A stretch of DNA of 64,000 bases. Source: Octopus vulgaris (lineage: Eukaryota). The DNA lies in assembly GCA_951406725.2 (NCBI GenBank), contig OX597825.1, positions 69,998,001 to 70,062,000 of the forward strand, written 5' to 3'. Under the pieces are notes generated by a model. The model was not told where the DNA came from. It searched no databases and saw nothing but the letters and a program-made list of their open reading frames with translations. Shown one piece after another: positions 40,909-55,230 of this stretch (position 1 is the stretch's first letter; each line of letters starts with the position of its first letter). The position numbers were made by a program, and so were the translations under genes.

Positions 40909-41389
40909 AGTTCCTTCGTGGATAATCTAGCTGTCACAGTACATAATCACCTCATCCGTCTTTGCTTAATTCAAGATTGTTCATAGTCTAGCTACACTAT
41001 ACAACCAGTTGTTTATATCAAAATTAATTGGCATGTAACTCAGATAGAAACGGACCAAGGAAGAAAGTGGTCATTTTATATATATCACCAAGAAGCGGTA
41101 ACTACCTCAGAAAAGTAATGAAATATGCCTACGTATATGCTTGTATATATATATATATATATTTATAATTAGAAAACAAACACCTTTTATTAATTCAAAA
41201 TGAACAATTAAATTACACCATCTAGAAAATTACATATAATAGAAAAATTAAAATTAAAATAACAATAAAATGTCAAAGATTAAGTAAATTGCAAAAAATA
41301 ATAATATATATTATATTGTGTGGAATTTGATTTAGTATTTCTAAATTGAATTTTTTCCTTGTAAGTTTGGATTTTATTCCCTCAAAAAA

Positions 41390-41429
<40 letters not shown>

Positions 41430-41449
41430 AAAAAATTCATTTTTTTTTT

Positions 41450-42335
41450 AATATACAAGTTTCAAGCTTTATACTATCAGCATGCAAAACTAAATGCAAT
41501 ACCCAATGAATACACTGGACCCGGAGGAATTGCAATCCCAGAGGCACAATCAGTGCGTGACCTGGGTATTTACATGAGTGATGACGCAACCTTTGGTGTA
41601 CATGTTGCTAAATTGGCAATGAAATGTAGACGACTGGCCGGATGGATTCTCAGAACCTTTAGAACAAGAGAACAAGAAACCATGATGGGCCTCTGGAGGA
41701 CACTTGTCCTAAGCCACTTTGACTATTGCTCTCAGTTATGGTCACCATCCAGTGTCAAGTTGATCACAGAACTTGAGGCGATCCAACGTAGCTACACGAA
41801 GAAGATAGCCTCTATGCAGAATATAAGCTACTGGGAAAGACTCAAGAGATTAAAACTATATTCCTTGGAGCGTAGGCGAGAAAGATATGCCATAATATAC
41901 ATCTGGAAGATCCTGGAGGGACTTGTCCCAAACTTTGGCATCGAGAGTTACACAAATGCCAGAACTAGGCGCCACTGCGTGGTGCCTAGGACTCCAAATT
42001 TGCCATCAAGATGTAGGACAAGATACTGTGATAGCCTGGGTTTCCGAGGCCCACAGCTCTTCAATATCCTTCCGAAGAACCTAAGAGACCTGCATGGGGT
42101 GGATGCAGATGTCTTTAAAATGAAACTGGATCTCTTCCTGTCAGGTATCCCAGATGAACCAACTTCACGGCAGGAAGTGCAGATGAGGGCAGCTGCATCG
42201 AACTCTCTCATGCGCCAAATGACAGTTGCTAAAAAGCTTTCGTGAAGTAAAACCATGTAGCAACACCAAATGGCGGTGCCCCAGCATTGCCACAGTTCAT
42301 GAGCTGAAACTAGAATCAATCAATCAATCAATCAA
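41450..42335 (+). mobile_element. 5'-truncated CR1/L2-group LINE (RT C-terminus, 3' UTR, (AATC)n tail)
   Basis: ORF 41553-42245 RDLGIYMS..GWILRTFRTR..LVLSHFDYCSQLWSP..LEAIQR..SYWERLKRLKLYSLERRRER; terminal AATC repeats. Confidence 0.92.
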
Positions 42336-42443
42336 ACTGGGACAAGAACGTGAAACATTTAGAAGACGACACAAAAAACACGGACGGGACATTCGAAGCC
42401 CTCAATCATCAGTCAAGAACCGGATCATCTTAGCAATTTCGGC

Positions 42444-42475
<32 letters not shown>

Positions 42476-43298
42476 CAGTGTATTTAAAAAAATTTGATAT
42501 CATTTGAGATGTAAATATAACAGAAACTACATAGTCAAAGCAAATGAAACTAAACAGGCTTAATGTTGAGCAACATAAGATTTATTCCTCTAAATTTGAA
42601 TGAGAAATTCAAAGGTATGTGGATTCCATGAAGGATTTCACAAATGTTCAATATGCGCACCGCCTGAGACAGAGCACACGTCAAGTTGGTAGTCCAGCTC
42701 CTCCCAAACACGCTGCAGCATGTCTTAGGTAACAGTCTCCAGTGCGGTAGTGATTCTCTGCTCGAGTTCCTCTAGATTTGCAGGAAGAAGGAGGACATAG
42801 ACTAGGTGCGCATTAGCTTGTCAGCTGATGTTATAGCCTGAACGAGCTGCAGCTTGTAGTGTTTCATTAGCAAGCGTTTCCTCAGAACGCGCTGTGTTTC
42901 CAGACTTGTTCTTCTTATGGAATTCTTGGGGTTTAGCATAAGTTTTTGGTGATTCCGCTCGACCGTCTCTTCCGATGATAGATGCCGTCTAGACCCTTTT
43001 GCCCTGCACAAAAAGCCTTACTCTTTGAATTTTTTGTACCATTGCCGTTGGTGACTTAGAGAACTCTCTCATGCACGCTGCACAGTCTTGCTTGATTCTG
43101 TTCGAGCATACTCCAACACACAAAACAGCTCTTCTCTTCCAGTGAATTCCATTTCTATACCTGAAAATACAAACATATCGAACATTAAACATGAAATTTT
43201 TATCTGTTCCTACACATGGTGTTAAAATATGAAGTCATTTGAACACGAACTGGCAAAGTTATTAGATTGCGAAATGATATCAAATTTTTTGAAACACA

Positions 43299-43301
<3 letters not shown>
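42476..43301 (-). mobile_element. Tc1/mariner-superfamily (rosa/maT-like) deletion derivative
   Basis: TIRs CAGTGT.TTT.AAAAAATTTGATATCATTT within TA tracts; minus-strand remnants PKNSIRRTSLE..LRKRLLMKHYKLQLVQ and C-terminal DMLQRVWEELDYQLDVC..GGAHIEHL*. Confidence 0.88.
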
Positions 43302-43364
<63 letters not shown>

Positions 43365-43694
43365 ATTTATATATTTATATATCTATGAAAGTTTGTGTTA
43401 AAATTATTTAATATAGTTTTTAAGTATAAAGGGGATTTTTTGACAATTATTTTTTAAAACTAGTTATAAAATCTTTTATCAGGCGGTTTATAACTTTTTA
43501 GAAGTCGTTTTCTTCCTGGTGTGTGTGAGCGCTTTCAATATATATCTGTATGTATATATATATATATAATATCTGTTATATATCTTCTATATGTAAAAAT
43601 GTATATACATATATATTTATATACTTTTATATATACACATATGTCTGTGTGTTTGTGTATTTAAATATGTATATATATATATACATGTATATGA

Positions 43695-43723
43695 AGATAG
43701 ATAGATATATAGACAGCCAGCCA

Positions 43724-43758
<35 letters not shown>

Positions 43759-43774
43759 AGGCAGGTAGGCAGGC

Positions 43775-43866
<92 letters not shown>
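43695..43866. repeat. (GACA)n-(GATA)n microsatellite
   Basis: Directly visible. Confidence 0.97.
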
Positions 43867-45079
43867 TGAGACTTTCGTGAATATTTGTCTATACATGTGT
43901 GTTCTGTACGTGAATTTATTTTGAATCGACACGATTTAACACAAGCACACAGACATGCGTACACAAACAAAATAGCACACACTCTACATAGCACGCACAA
44001 TACATATATCGCACAGCTGCGCCTTATCCCGTCGCACAATCTTGCACAGATACAAACAAATGCAAAAGTCCATACATTCATCTCTTAAACATTCAATTTA
44101 AATGTACACATAATCAATCATATAAGAAGCAGGCATCAAAATATTTTAAAAATATATATAAAGAAAGACCATGAGAAACAAGAAGCAAAAATACACATAT
44201 GCAGAGATGGTGAGACAGTCAAACAAGCGGAGAGGGGGAGAGAAAACCAGGGGAGAAGAGCAAACCACTACAATGAATGCATACATAAGACGATACCATT
44301 GCATGGCAAAATAGTTTTATCACTCTTCTCTATTTGCTATTAGTGATTGAAATGAAAGAATTCAAAATGTTCCATTATCGTTATTCAAACACCGCTTTGT
44401 TCGTTTGCTAAATTTTCATTCAAAAACTCATAAAATATCTTCTTTTTTACCGAGGGTTTATTATATGTGCATGGATGGTAGCCAGCAGAAACAACAGCAA
44501 CATTAAAAAAAGAGAACAAGATATGAAAGTTTGCTGTATGTTTCTAAGGAAGACACTGCTTAATCATACAAAATGGTATACGCTAGCCGGCACCACCAGT
44601 TAGTTGACGGAACGTGAGTTCCAGGATATCTACAATATTGTAAGAATTTTTCGTTTCTTTATTTGTTGGCTTGCTGGATTTTTTAAGACGCCAATTTTGA
44701 CAGATCGATCAAACTGGCGGCTGATTAAATAAAAGCAGCGTGCTTAGCCACATGCTTTGTTAATTGTAATATATATGCTGAACAGGTAATCAACTATCCA
44801 TCAGAGACTGTATCTAAATATTGTGAAGCGTCTTCTCAGTTCACTAGTATCGACATTGCTATAGTATTTAATTTGTAAAATCCAAGAAATTATGCCTGAA
44901 TTTTAAAACAACTTATTGTGTTGTTATGGGTAGTTTTCATTTCTATTATATTTTAGTTTGAGGCAGAATTTTCGTTCGATTTTGGTTGTAAAATTATGCA
45001 GGGAAAAGAATGGGTAATATTTATGGTTGATATACATGCGTGCGTGTGTGTATGTGTGAGTGTGTACACATATGCATAA

Positions 45080-45484
45080 GCGGCGAGCTGGCGGAATCGT
45101 TAGCACGCCGGGCGAAATGCTTAGCCGTATTTCGTCTGCCGTTACGTTCTGAGTTCAAATTCCGCCGAGGTCGACTTTGCCTTTCTTCCTTTCGGGGTCG
45201 ATAAATTAAGTACCAGTTACGCACTGGGGTTGATGTAATCGACTTAATCCGTTTGTCTGTCCTTGTTTGTCCTCTCTGTGTTTAACCCCTTGTGGGTAGT
45301 AAAGAAATAGGTATTTCGTGTGCCGTTACGTTCTGAGTTCAAATTCCGCCGAGGTCGACTTTGCCTTTCATCCTTTCGGGGTCGATTAAAGAAGTACCAG
45401 TTACGCACTTGGGTCGATGTAATCGACTTAATCACTTTGTTTGTCCTCTATATGTTTAGCCCCCTGTGGGCAATAAAAGAAATA
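45080..45484 (+). mobile_element. SINE family B tandem dimer
   Basis: First unit ends AAAGAAATAGGTATTTCG and continues into a second headless unit. Confidence 0.92.
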
Positions 45485-46070
45485 TATACACATGCCCATA
45501 AGCAATTGATTGGAAGAATAGAGTATCGGACAGAATACTCAGCATATGATATAGAGTCCAATTTTATTGGAAACTAGCACATCTGTTCACTCTGCAGTGA
45601 CTACTCAGAGTGTCATGCCACATTCACTCCACTCTATCAGGCAACGTTGAAATAACCTCGTGGGATAGATGTGTATTGCGTGTAGTTCGATGATGTTGAT
45701 TCCTCATTAGTCGAGATCAGTCAAGATCGGTATTGTTGATTGTGTTGCTATTGTTGACGTATACTGCTGTTGAGCAGAGCACTGTATTTTGATCTGCATG
45801 TTACTTAGGGATTTTTCTTATGTAAAATCATTCGGTAATATGTTTAATTATTAAGTGAAAGAACCGTATTTAAGCTTTTCAGTTGGTGCAACGGTTTTCA
45901 TAACTGTTATCTTATCCCTCTTCTCCTCACAGGAATTTATAAATATTTATAAATACACACACATATATATACTTATATATACATACATGTATATTCAGGT
46001 ATGTGGACATTCATATATAGATATTTACATATATACACAATCGTATATGAACATATCTGTATGTGTATGT

Positions 46071-46118
<48 letters not shown>

Positions 46119-47001
46119 ATAGAGGTATGATATATATATACGTGGGTGTATATATAAATTTATATATTTTCATATATAACTTTTACCTAATTATATGCAA
46201 AAGTATGCGTGTACATACAGATATACATATATACGTAGGCATATATTCATGTGCGTGTCTGAAGAGAGGGTAAACAGAGAGAGAGAGAGAGAGAGTGAGA
46301 GAGAGAGAAAGAGAGAGAGTGAGAGAGAAAGTAAGTAAATACTAGCACTTTGCACCGATTTCGTCATTTTCCAAAGATTTCGGTAGAAAAATATTTAATG
46401 TATCATATGCTGAATCTTACACCGCTCTATAATGCATGAATAAATATGTTTATATTTAATATACGGCAGGAAAGGGCATTACTAACGATTAAGTTTGACG
46501 TCTATCGTCTACACTAGGCGCTTAGAACAATACGTTACACTGTTATAGGTATAATATGTTGTGACGTGCACAATTATATGTATAAATCAGTGATTGTTAA
46601 ATACTGGAGAAAAGACGAAAACCGGAATAACACGTATTACAAATGAGAAATTTAATTATGATGCTTATGTCGTAACTAATCATAGAATTTGGCCTTTAGT
46701 TTTATTCTTATGCCATGTGTTGTAATAAGTAGAATTGTAGACAATATAATATTGAAAGAGACTCACTTTTGTGGTGCGAATGTGGCTCATTTCAAAGTCT
46801 CTTGTAAATCAATTATTATAAATCTCCATAAAATAATTCTTCCCTCACAGCTAACAATGTTGGTGCTTCTACTAATGTACAAAGTGTGAGGACTCCCAAC
46901 TATGTTTGGTTCTTGCCACAAGAGATTATTTCATGAATTAATAATATAAAGTAACTGAAAGTTCTCTCACTTGCTGCTAGCAGGATGGGTGATTCTATTA
47001 A

Positions 47002-47062
47002 AGGCGGCGAGCTGGCAGAAACGTTAGCATGTTGGGCGAAATGCTTAGCGGTATTTCGTCTG
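47002..47062 (+). mobile_element. SINE family B 5' fragment
   Basis: GGCGGCGAGCTGGCAGAAACGTTAGC..ATGCTTAGCGGTATTTCGTCT. Confidence 0.85.
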
Positions 47063-47710
47063 AAATTAACGTACAAGCCACTGAGCATTCCACAGAATAG
47101 AGCTGTCTTCAGGAATCCAAGTAATGCTATGTATTGAAGAGTAGCCGTAGATGCTGGTCATGTTGTTGTTCTTGTTGTTTGCTGCTACTGTTGTTGTCAT
47201 ATACTTTTTATTTTGATGCTACTTTGCTTCAGAAGTTGGTTAGTCATAAATTCCCTTGGGAATTTTAAACCCAGCTTCCTCACTTTTATTTATATATTTT
47301 TGTTCTTTGTTTTTGCTTTGAAACGAAATTTAGCTTCAAGCATCATTCACAGATAATGTTTTAGACACTATTTTCTGAAACTGGTAAAATTACGTAGGGG
47401 GTGCAAATTTTGATCTTGCACCACCTGAAAATTCCAAGGGGTGCAGGTGCACCCGCTGCACCCCCTGTCCCGGGCCTTTGGACACGTGTACATTTAACGG
47501 AGTTCTCGCTGAGATTCAGCGTGATACAGAATATGACAAGGCTGGTCCTTTGAAATACAGGTAATACTCATACTCATTTTTGACAGCTGAGTGGATTCTA
47601 CTAATATGTAAAGATTGACGTATCCCACCTAGGTACGATGTGTGCCGCATGAAATTATTCCATAGATCAAAATATTCAATAACTGAAAATATCATAATAT
47701 AAATAGTGTC

Positions 47711-48040
47711 AGAGCTATGCCGTCGGGAACTTCGGTTCCTGGTAGGGCCACCCAAGGCGGATTGGTCTGACGCTAAGTGGTATCAGGGCCACAACCCGGC
47801 AGACGGGGCTCTGGTGAAAATCCTCGGAGTGTCTGTTTCGGCAACCGGCGGCTCCTTGGTCGTTCTGCCTCTGCGTTTGCGGTAAATCTGCGGCAAACAG
47901 TATGTCTCTACATGCGGGATTGTTGGGGACCGCTTGTGAAATTCATTTTCCCACGAAACTTCTTCCACCGCCATGGTTCGAGATGCCTCGAGGGTGGTAG
48001 AAGAAGCCGACTCAACCCGCCCAGGGTAAATGTCCCCACA
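47711..48040 (+). mobile_element. GC-rich island resembling an RTE LINE 5' UTR
   Basis: GAGCTATGCCGTCGGGAAC-TTCG-GTTCCTGGTAGGGCCACCCAAGGCGGATTGGTC resembles, from recall, RTE/Expander 5' UTR motifs. Confidence 0.45.
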
Positions 48041-48334
48041 AGTACAAGTAAGTCATTATATAAATGGCATTAGAAATTCTAAACACTAGTCTGAGTCACT
48101 ACAGAAAAGTGGGACCTGTGCTGAAGATGAACCCCTTACGTATAGCCTGTTGGATAAGTAATAGATATGTGCTTTCTAGCCTGCCTATATGAACGCTACC
48201 CTTTTGTATCTCACATCGGTATTTATAACGTTTATCTTTTATATGTATGGACTGTAATGACTCCAGTGAATGGTCTTCAATTTTAGACAGAAATTACCCT
48301 TTGAGGGCGAATCTTTTTCGCGTTATTCTTTTAA

Positions 48335-48740
48335 TCTTTTATTCTTTCACATGTTTTAGTCATTTCACAGCAGCCATTCTAGAACAACGCCTTAAAGGGG
48401 TTTAGTCGAAGAACCGAACCCCAGGACTTATTCTTTGTAAGCCTAGTGCTTATTCTATGGATCTCTTTTTTTTTTTCGAACAGTTAAGTTGCAGGGACGT
48501 AAACACACCTACTTCGGTTGTCAAGCGATGATCGGAGACAAATCCAGACACAGACACAGACACACACAAACACGTGTGTATATATATATATGGCTTCTTT
48601 CTATTTCCGTCTACCAAATCCACTCACAAGTCTTTGGTTGGTCCGAGGGTATAGTAGAAGACACTTGCCCCAGGTACAATGCAGTAGGACTGAACCCGGC
48701 AACATGTGGTTGGGAAGAAGCTTCTTACCACATAGCCATG
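48335..48740 (-). mobile_element. SINE family A, diverged full length
   Basis: TTTCCGTCTACCAAATCCACTCACAAG..AGAAGACACTTGCCCCAGGT. Confidence 0.85.
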
Positions 48741-51538
48741 CATATTTTTATCAATTGGTCTGAAGAGATTTCAGTACTTTGCATAGCCTCCCAGATTAGC
48801 AGGCGGGTGAGAGATGAGAAGGAATTAATTCTCAGATCGGAGGTCTGGTCCGAATACTTGCAGTAGAGTGGGATCTCATTAAAGCATTCCAAAATGCAAC
48901 GTGTTGGTATTAATCTGCTTGATGGATTGAGTGTATCACCCAAGCGGAAATTGAACTGAGAACGGAAATATCTAGAACAAAGACCGCATTGAATCTGGTT
49001 AAGTTCTCAGACGGTTTCACTAATTCACCACACCAGATTGATACGTTCTATATCGACTCCGAAAGAATGCAAGGCAAAAGTGACCTCAGTAGCATTTGAA
49101 CTCACAGATAGTGAAATCGGAACTCATAGCACGAAGCACACGAAGTATTCTTTTCAGTACTGTAATGTCCCAACCAATTCATCGTCTTGAGTCACGTAAC
49201 GAAAGTGCAAGGAACAATGAAGTGATGTGGAATTGAGTAAGGTGTGCGTATACTATGGAAGTTTGGTAGAGATTCACCTTGAACATATAAAAACTTTTGT
49301 TTCGCAATCATTTCAATCCAAAATTGTGTATTTGTTTTGGGCTTGTTATGAGAATATATTTCTCTAATCTTAATTAAATATTTTAATAATAAAATTATTC
49401 TTGGTAAAATAAATTAAACTTCCTCCAAATTTTTTTTCAAATAGCGAAGTATGGAAATATTTCGGAAGACAAATACTGTAATTATATTTCATAATATGAG
49501 AAAACATACTTTACACACACTTCAAATGTCTTTTTTAATGTCTAATGTATTGTTTCTGTAAAGGAAAAGCACTATAGGGCATATTAGAGAACAGAAACTA
49601 TTGTTGGTAAAATGAATAGCGAGCTCATTAAATTTCTAACACATGATCTGACTTGCAGATGATTTTTTTAATATTATTTTTATTTCAACTGTTATTCGCA
49701 GGAAAGTGAGTCATTTTTTTCTCGATAGCTTTGGGAAGAAAAAATATCAGAAAATATCACAACTGATTTTTCAGTTTTTATATTTATAATGAGTTCTTAA
49801 AATTTACTAAGAAAAGCCAAGCTCAATAAAGATTTTCAAATATTTGCTGGAGAGGTGTAATAAAGTAGAAATATTTCTTGAGTTGTCTCCCGTACTGCCG
49901 AAATTATTTTTAAAATATTAGCCATTGAGCTAATGTTGTTTCCTCGGCACGTAATTATTTCAGTGTTATCTTATTGACACTCATTACATTAATTATATTA
50001 AAATTAATATGACTATCGTAAACTATTTGCTGTTTCTGATATCTTTTTAAAGTTTATTGCAAACGAAGACGTACAATTGACGCGTAAACATGACATTTTT
50101 CTTTTTCTGTTAATCGTTTCTGAACCTCTTAAAAATATTATCTCGCAATTTTTTATCGCTTTTTCTTTCTATACCTACACAATAACAAAATAAATTTTTA
50201 AAATTAAATCTCTTGAATATTTTAGAATTACCAAATATTAAGCACAGTCATATTCAGAGTAAATATACATTGTGCTTACACAGAAAATTAAAACTCAAAT
50301 CCGTTGATTTCTAAAGAGTAATCGTTTTGTCATTCTGTGAGGGTGAGGTTTGTATGTGTGAATGTGATAATGTGAAATGAATTAAAGTAATTCAACGATA
50401 AAATGTTGAAAAGCTACTTTAGGAAAATACAGCCGAGTTCTTCGTTCTAATGCTGAATAATGTTCTTTCTTGTAACAGTTTCTGTTATATTGATTGGCAT
50501 GTAAAACTAGACACCACTTAATCAGCTGTTAATGGAAACTCTCACACCGTATTGTTGGGGAAATCAACACTTTATCGTATGTTTAACTACATTATCGACT
50601 CTTTTTCTATATAAAAATAATGAAATACAAAAACCCAGATAACCGTAGCATGTCTGTGATATCATTGAAACTTTTTTCGATTCTACGATTCCATTTAGCT
50701 AAGCGAAAATTATTTTAGATAACCTGCTTTATCTAAAGTATTGACTCTCTCTATCCTTCTCGGTGTTTCTCTCACTGACTTTCTCTCTTTCCTTCTTTCT
50801 CTCCCTTTCACTTTCTCTCCTTCACTTGCGCTCCCCCTCTCTCTCTCTCTCTGAATTTTTCTCCCTCGTTAAAGTGTTCGACGTTGTTCGTATTTATTTA
50901 AATTTTGAACAAAAGCTGCCGTATTCCAGCTCAATGACGTAGATATCAAGGGATATCTTTCCATATACATCGATCTTCTTCAAACACACTCGATAATTGC
51001 CCAAAGTAGCATTATTTACGATTTTCAGATATTTTAAATTTTCGTCAGAGGTATTAAGATTTAACTATAGAAACCGCCATATATTTACTTTATCAGAAGA
51101 ACCACTTGCTAAATCGAAACTAACGTATTATAAAACTGCTTTGCTTCTTTTACGTTTTTTTAAATTCGAGATGTCTTTTTTTTTTTAAGTTGACACTGAT
51201 GATGTTTTTGATGTTATTATTGGTGTTGCTCTTGTCATCGTACTTGTTCTGATTGTTTTTGTTGTTCTTCTCCGTATTTACCTTCAGATTAAACCTGGAT
51301 CAATACACTTACAATCGATGAGTTTCGTCCGTTACCTTCCTGTCTTTTTACAGGGAATTAAGTATTAGTTTTACATTATGCTATGTGATGTTTCTCAGAT
51401 CTTTCTTTTTTCAAGACAGCAGAGTTCGATTTGAGAGATAACGGACTGTTATTTCTAACAAAGCGGTCGACAACATAGAAGCACCCATTTTGACCCGTAA
51501 CATAACTGATCCGAACATAAAAACATATTCGTATATAA

Positions 51539-51920
<382 letters not shown>

Positions 51921-52289
51921 TGGCAAAGTAACTAAATCGAGACGATGTAAACAGTCAAGAAATATTATTTTTCTATGCAGTACTTGCCATGTTGAGCGTT
52001 TTGCGGACAGCGACATCACTGTGTCTATGTGAGTTTTAGTGACAGCAATTGACGATTATAGTAGCAGCAGCCATTCTTCAAGTGGGGTCGTCAGCGGTCG
52101 GCGAGGTCATGACGGAGTCGACAGTAAGTAGCTCACTGTTGGCCGGGTGCAGTCGTGGTAGAACTGCCTGTATTGAAGCTAAAGGTGCCGATGGCAGATC
52201 TATTAATAATGGTCAGCGGCGAAGGCACTGGAAAAGAACAATCGTCGCAGGGGAAGCAGCGAATATTGAATTATATATTCATCTTTTTA

Positions 52290-52500
52290 TTCTTTTACTC
52301 TTTTATTTGCTTCTGCCATTTGAGTACGGTCATGCTGGAGCATCGCCTTCAAGGGATTTTGTTGAGCAACTCGACCCTAAGACTATTTTTATGCCTTATA
52401 TTTATTATATCGGTCTCTTTTGCCAAACCACTAAGTTACGGGGACGTAATCACACCAACGCCGGTTGTCAGGTGGTGATTGTTGAACAAACACAGGCATA
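52290..52500 (-). mobile_element. SINE family A, 3' half
   Basis: CATGCTGGAGCATCGCCTT..ATCGGTCTCTTTTGCC. Confidence 0.8.
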
Positions 52501-52605
52501 AGGACACATACAGATAGATATAAACATATGTGTGTATATGTTGTGTGAGAGTGTGTTTATGTGTGTTAGTGCGTGTGTGAGTGTGTATATGTGTATATGT
52601 GTATT

Positions 52606-52639
<34 letters not shown>

Positions 52640-52899
52640 TGTGTGTGTATAATAGTGTAGTGAATAAATATAAGAATAGAAACACGAAACTTGGTTTTAG
52701 TCGTCATGATAGCGTGCATAATATGACTTCAGGTCTTATAATGAACTCCATTGCTATAGAATATTCGAAATAGTTTTTGAAATAATGCTACTGCACATAG
52801 AGACTGGGCAGTAAACACGATTAAATTAAATACAATAACGATTCTGAGAGGAATTCTCATTGACATGACAGTAACAAGAATAATATCAATTATAATTGA

Positions 52900-53870
52900 C
52901 CTAATACTAAATATAATGAAAGATGTATATTATCGTATAATCCGCCTCTAGGATTGAAATGTATCTTCTAAGTTTGCTATGAATTTATTTCTCTGCATGA
53001 AACATTTTCCTAAATCAAGTAGATATCACAAAATTTTTGATTGACAGTTGGTGAAGCTATCATATGCAGCACCACATAACCTAGAATATTATATCCATAA
53101 ATTTAATGATAGGAAACTTAACCAAGCAAGCAGAAACGCTAGAGTTAGGCAGCAAATTAACATAAGTACCACAGATAATAATAACATTAATAGTAGAGGG
53201 AAGAATCCTACGAGTCTAGATAACAGCAACATGAGTAATATTATTTACAATAAGACTAAGGAAAATAACGATGATAATTATGTAAAATTTGATAATTATT
53301 ATAACACTGAAATTGCAGGAATAGTGACAACAGCAACTGTATCAACGTAATTAATAATTATTATAGTACTAGTAAGAACAAAGTAGGAAAATGCAAAACA
53401 CTAATACTAATAAATTGGAAAATTGTGGAATGAAGAAATGCAACTGTAGAAACCAAGCTGCATTTCCTCTGGAAAATGAGTATCTACATAAGAACGTTAT
53501 ATATATTTATATATGCACGGTCTGGTCTAAAGTAAAGATTCTCGCATCTAGATATGCAAAGATCTATTACTTCAAAGATCGATAGCATAATCACGCTGTA
53601 TCATTTCAAGACAGTGATAAAAGATACTTCTCCTTCACCGACCTGATTAGATGTCTCAGAGAGAGAATGTACAATACAGCATATCATAAGATGACAACTG
53701 TGTACCCATACATTGACTACTTCAAGTTGTGCAATCTTGCTCACAAGAGATCATGTGCATCTTAATGTGCAGAGATATACTTAATAATAGACACTCGAAA
53801 ATCGTTGCAAGATGTAACTATAGGATTAAGAACTTGTTCAAGGAATTTGGAAAAAGATTTGATAGAAAGT
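52900..53870 (+). pseudogene. Decayed Penelope-like element: RT-EN linker and GIY-YIG region
   Basis: KHFPKSSRYHKIF..VKLSYA..; KCNCRNQAAFPLENEYLHKNVIY; FKDR*HNHAVSF; CNL; LNNRHSKIVARC match PLE C-terminal motifs. Confidence 0.8.
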
Positions 53871-54146
53871 ATTCTGTTCATTCATTTATTTGTAAATGTA
53901 TACATTTCAGCTGTGAAACCGTCTACTAACTTGTTTGAATACACTTATATCAGAATTCCTGTAAAAATATATGTAATGTATGTAAAACTATATATGTCAA
54001 CGCACAATATGTTACATTATAGTAATGTTTTCGCTAATTATTAATTCCTACATTTTACCTGAAATAGTATTGCTTATTTCAGAGTGTATATGTGTATGTC
54101 CCTGACTATGACATGTGTGGATATGAGTGCGGGTATGCATACCTAC

Positions 54147-54221
<75 letters not shown>

Positions 54222-54867
54222 TAGATCTATGTCTCCGTGTGTGTATAAGTCAAAATATACATATGTTATTTTATTAATAATATAACTCTGACTTGAAATA
54301 AATGGATATATCTGTATATCTATGTGTATATTGTATATGTGGGTGTTCTGTTTTACTTGTTTTACTTAATAGCTTAAAGCATCAGTAAAGGTAATAACTT
54401 GATTGTAACAAGTTTATTATTAATCAAGTTCAGATTCACGACAGCTTTTTGTTAAGGAGAAATTATCACGTGATAATTGTGGTTAGCTCTCTTAAAATGG
54501 AAACTATGTAAGTATTAGATGGGTTAGAAGATAAGGTTCTTGACTGTTAATTCTATCTATTATTCTCGTTACCGACTTATATTATATTGCTAATTCATTT
54601 TTATTCATTTATTTTTATTTTATATTATTTTAGTGTTATGAAAGTTCATGATGGGCAACACCAAATATACAGTTTATAATAAAATGATTTCGGTGTTTCT
54701 GTTCTATGTTTTGCCTCTGAAATGCTAATTATAGAACTTTCATGTGGCATATATTCTGAGAAATAAGACTTTGATATAACAGACTCTCTTTTAGCTTATA
54801 ACTTAATATTCTACAGCTAGCATGACATGTAATTTTATATTTTATATCCCTTTCTTTAATTCTTTAA

Positions 54868-55094
54868 TTTACTCCTTTCAGTCATTTGACTGTGGCCATG
54901 CTGGAGCAATGCTTTTATTCTAACAAATACAACGCAGGCTCCTTTCAGATTCCATCTACCAAATCCACTCACAAGATTTTGGTCGTCCCTAGGTTATAAT
55001 AGAACACAGTTGGCCAAGGAGCTATAACGTGGGGCTGAACCCGGTACCATGTGGATGGGAAGTAAGCTTCTTACCACACAGCCACTCCTGCGCC
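54868..55094 (-). mobile_element. SINE family A, internally deleted
   Basis: Tail and head present, middle missing. Confidence 0.85.
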
Positions 55095-55230
55095 TAAGTT
55101 ATATATTAATGTTTCGGCAATGATCTGCTGGTAATGTGGGGATGAAACTATTGTAGTATTATGCAATAAAGCGTGTTGCTCAATATATAACGTGTAGGTG
55201 GCATAGGAGTGGGTATATATATATAAAAAA

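Noticed and set aside
52049-52501. 150-aa ORF as a gene
   Set aside because: Non-ATG start, and the second half is antisense SINE sequence
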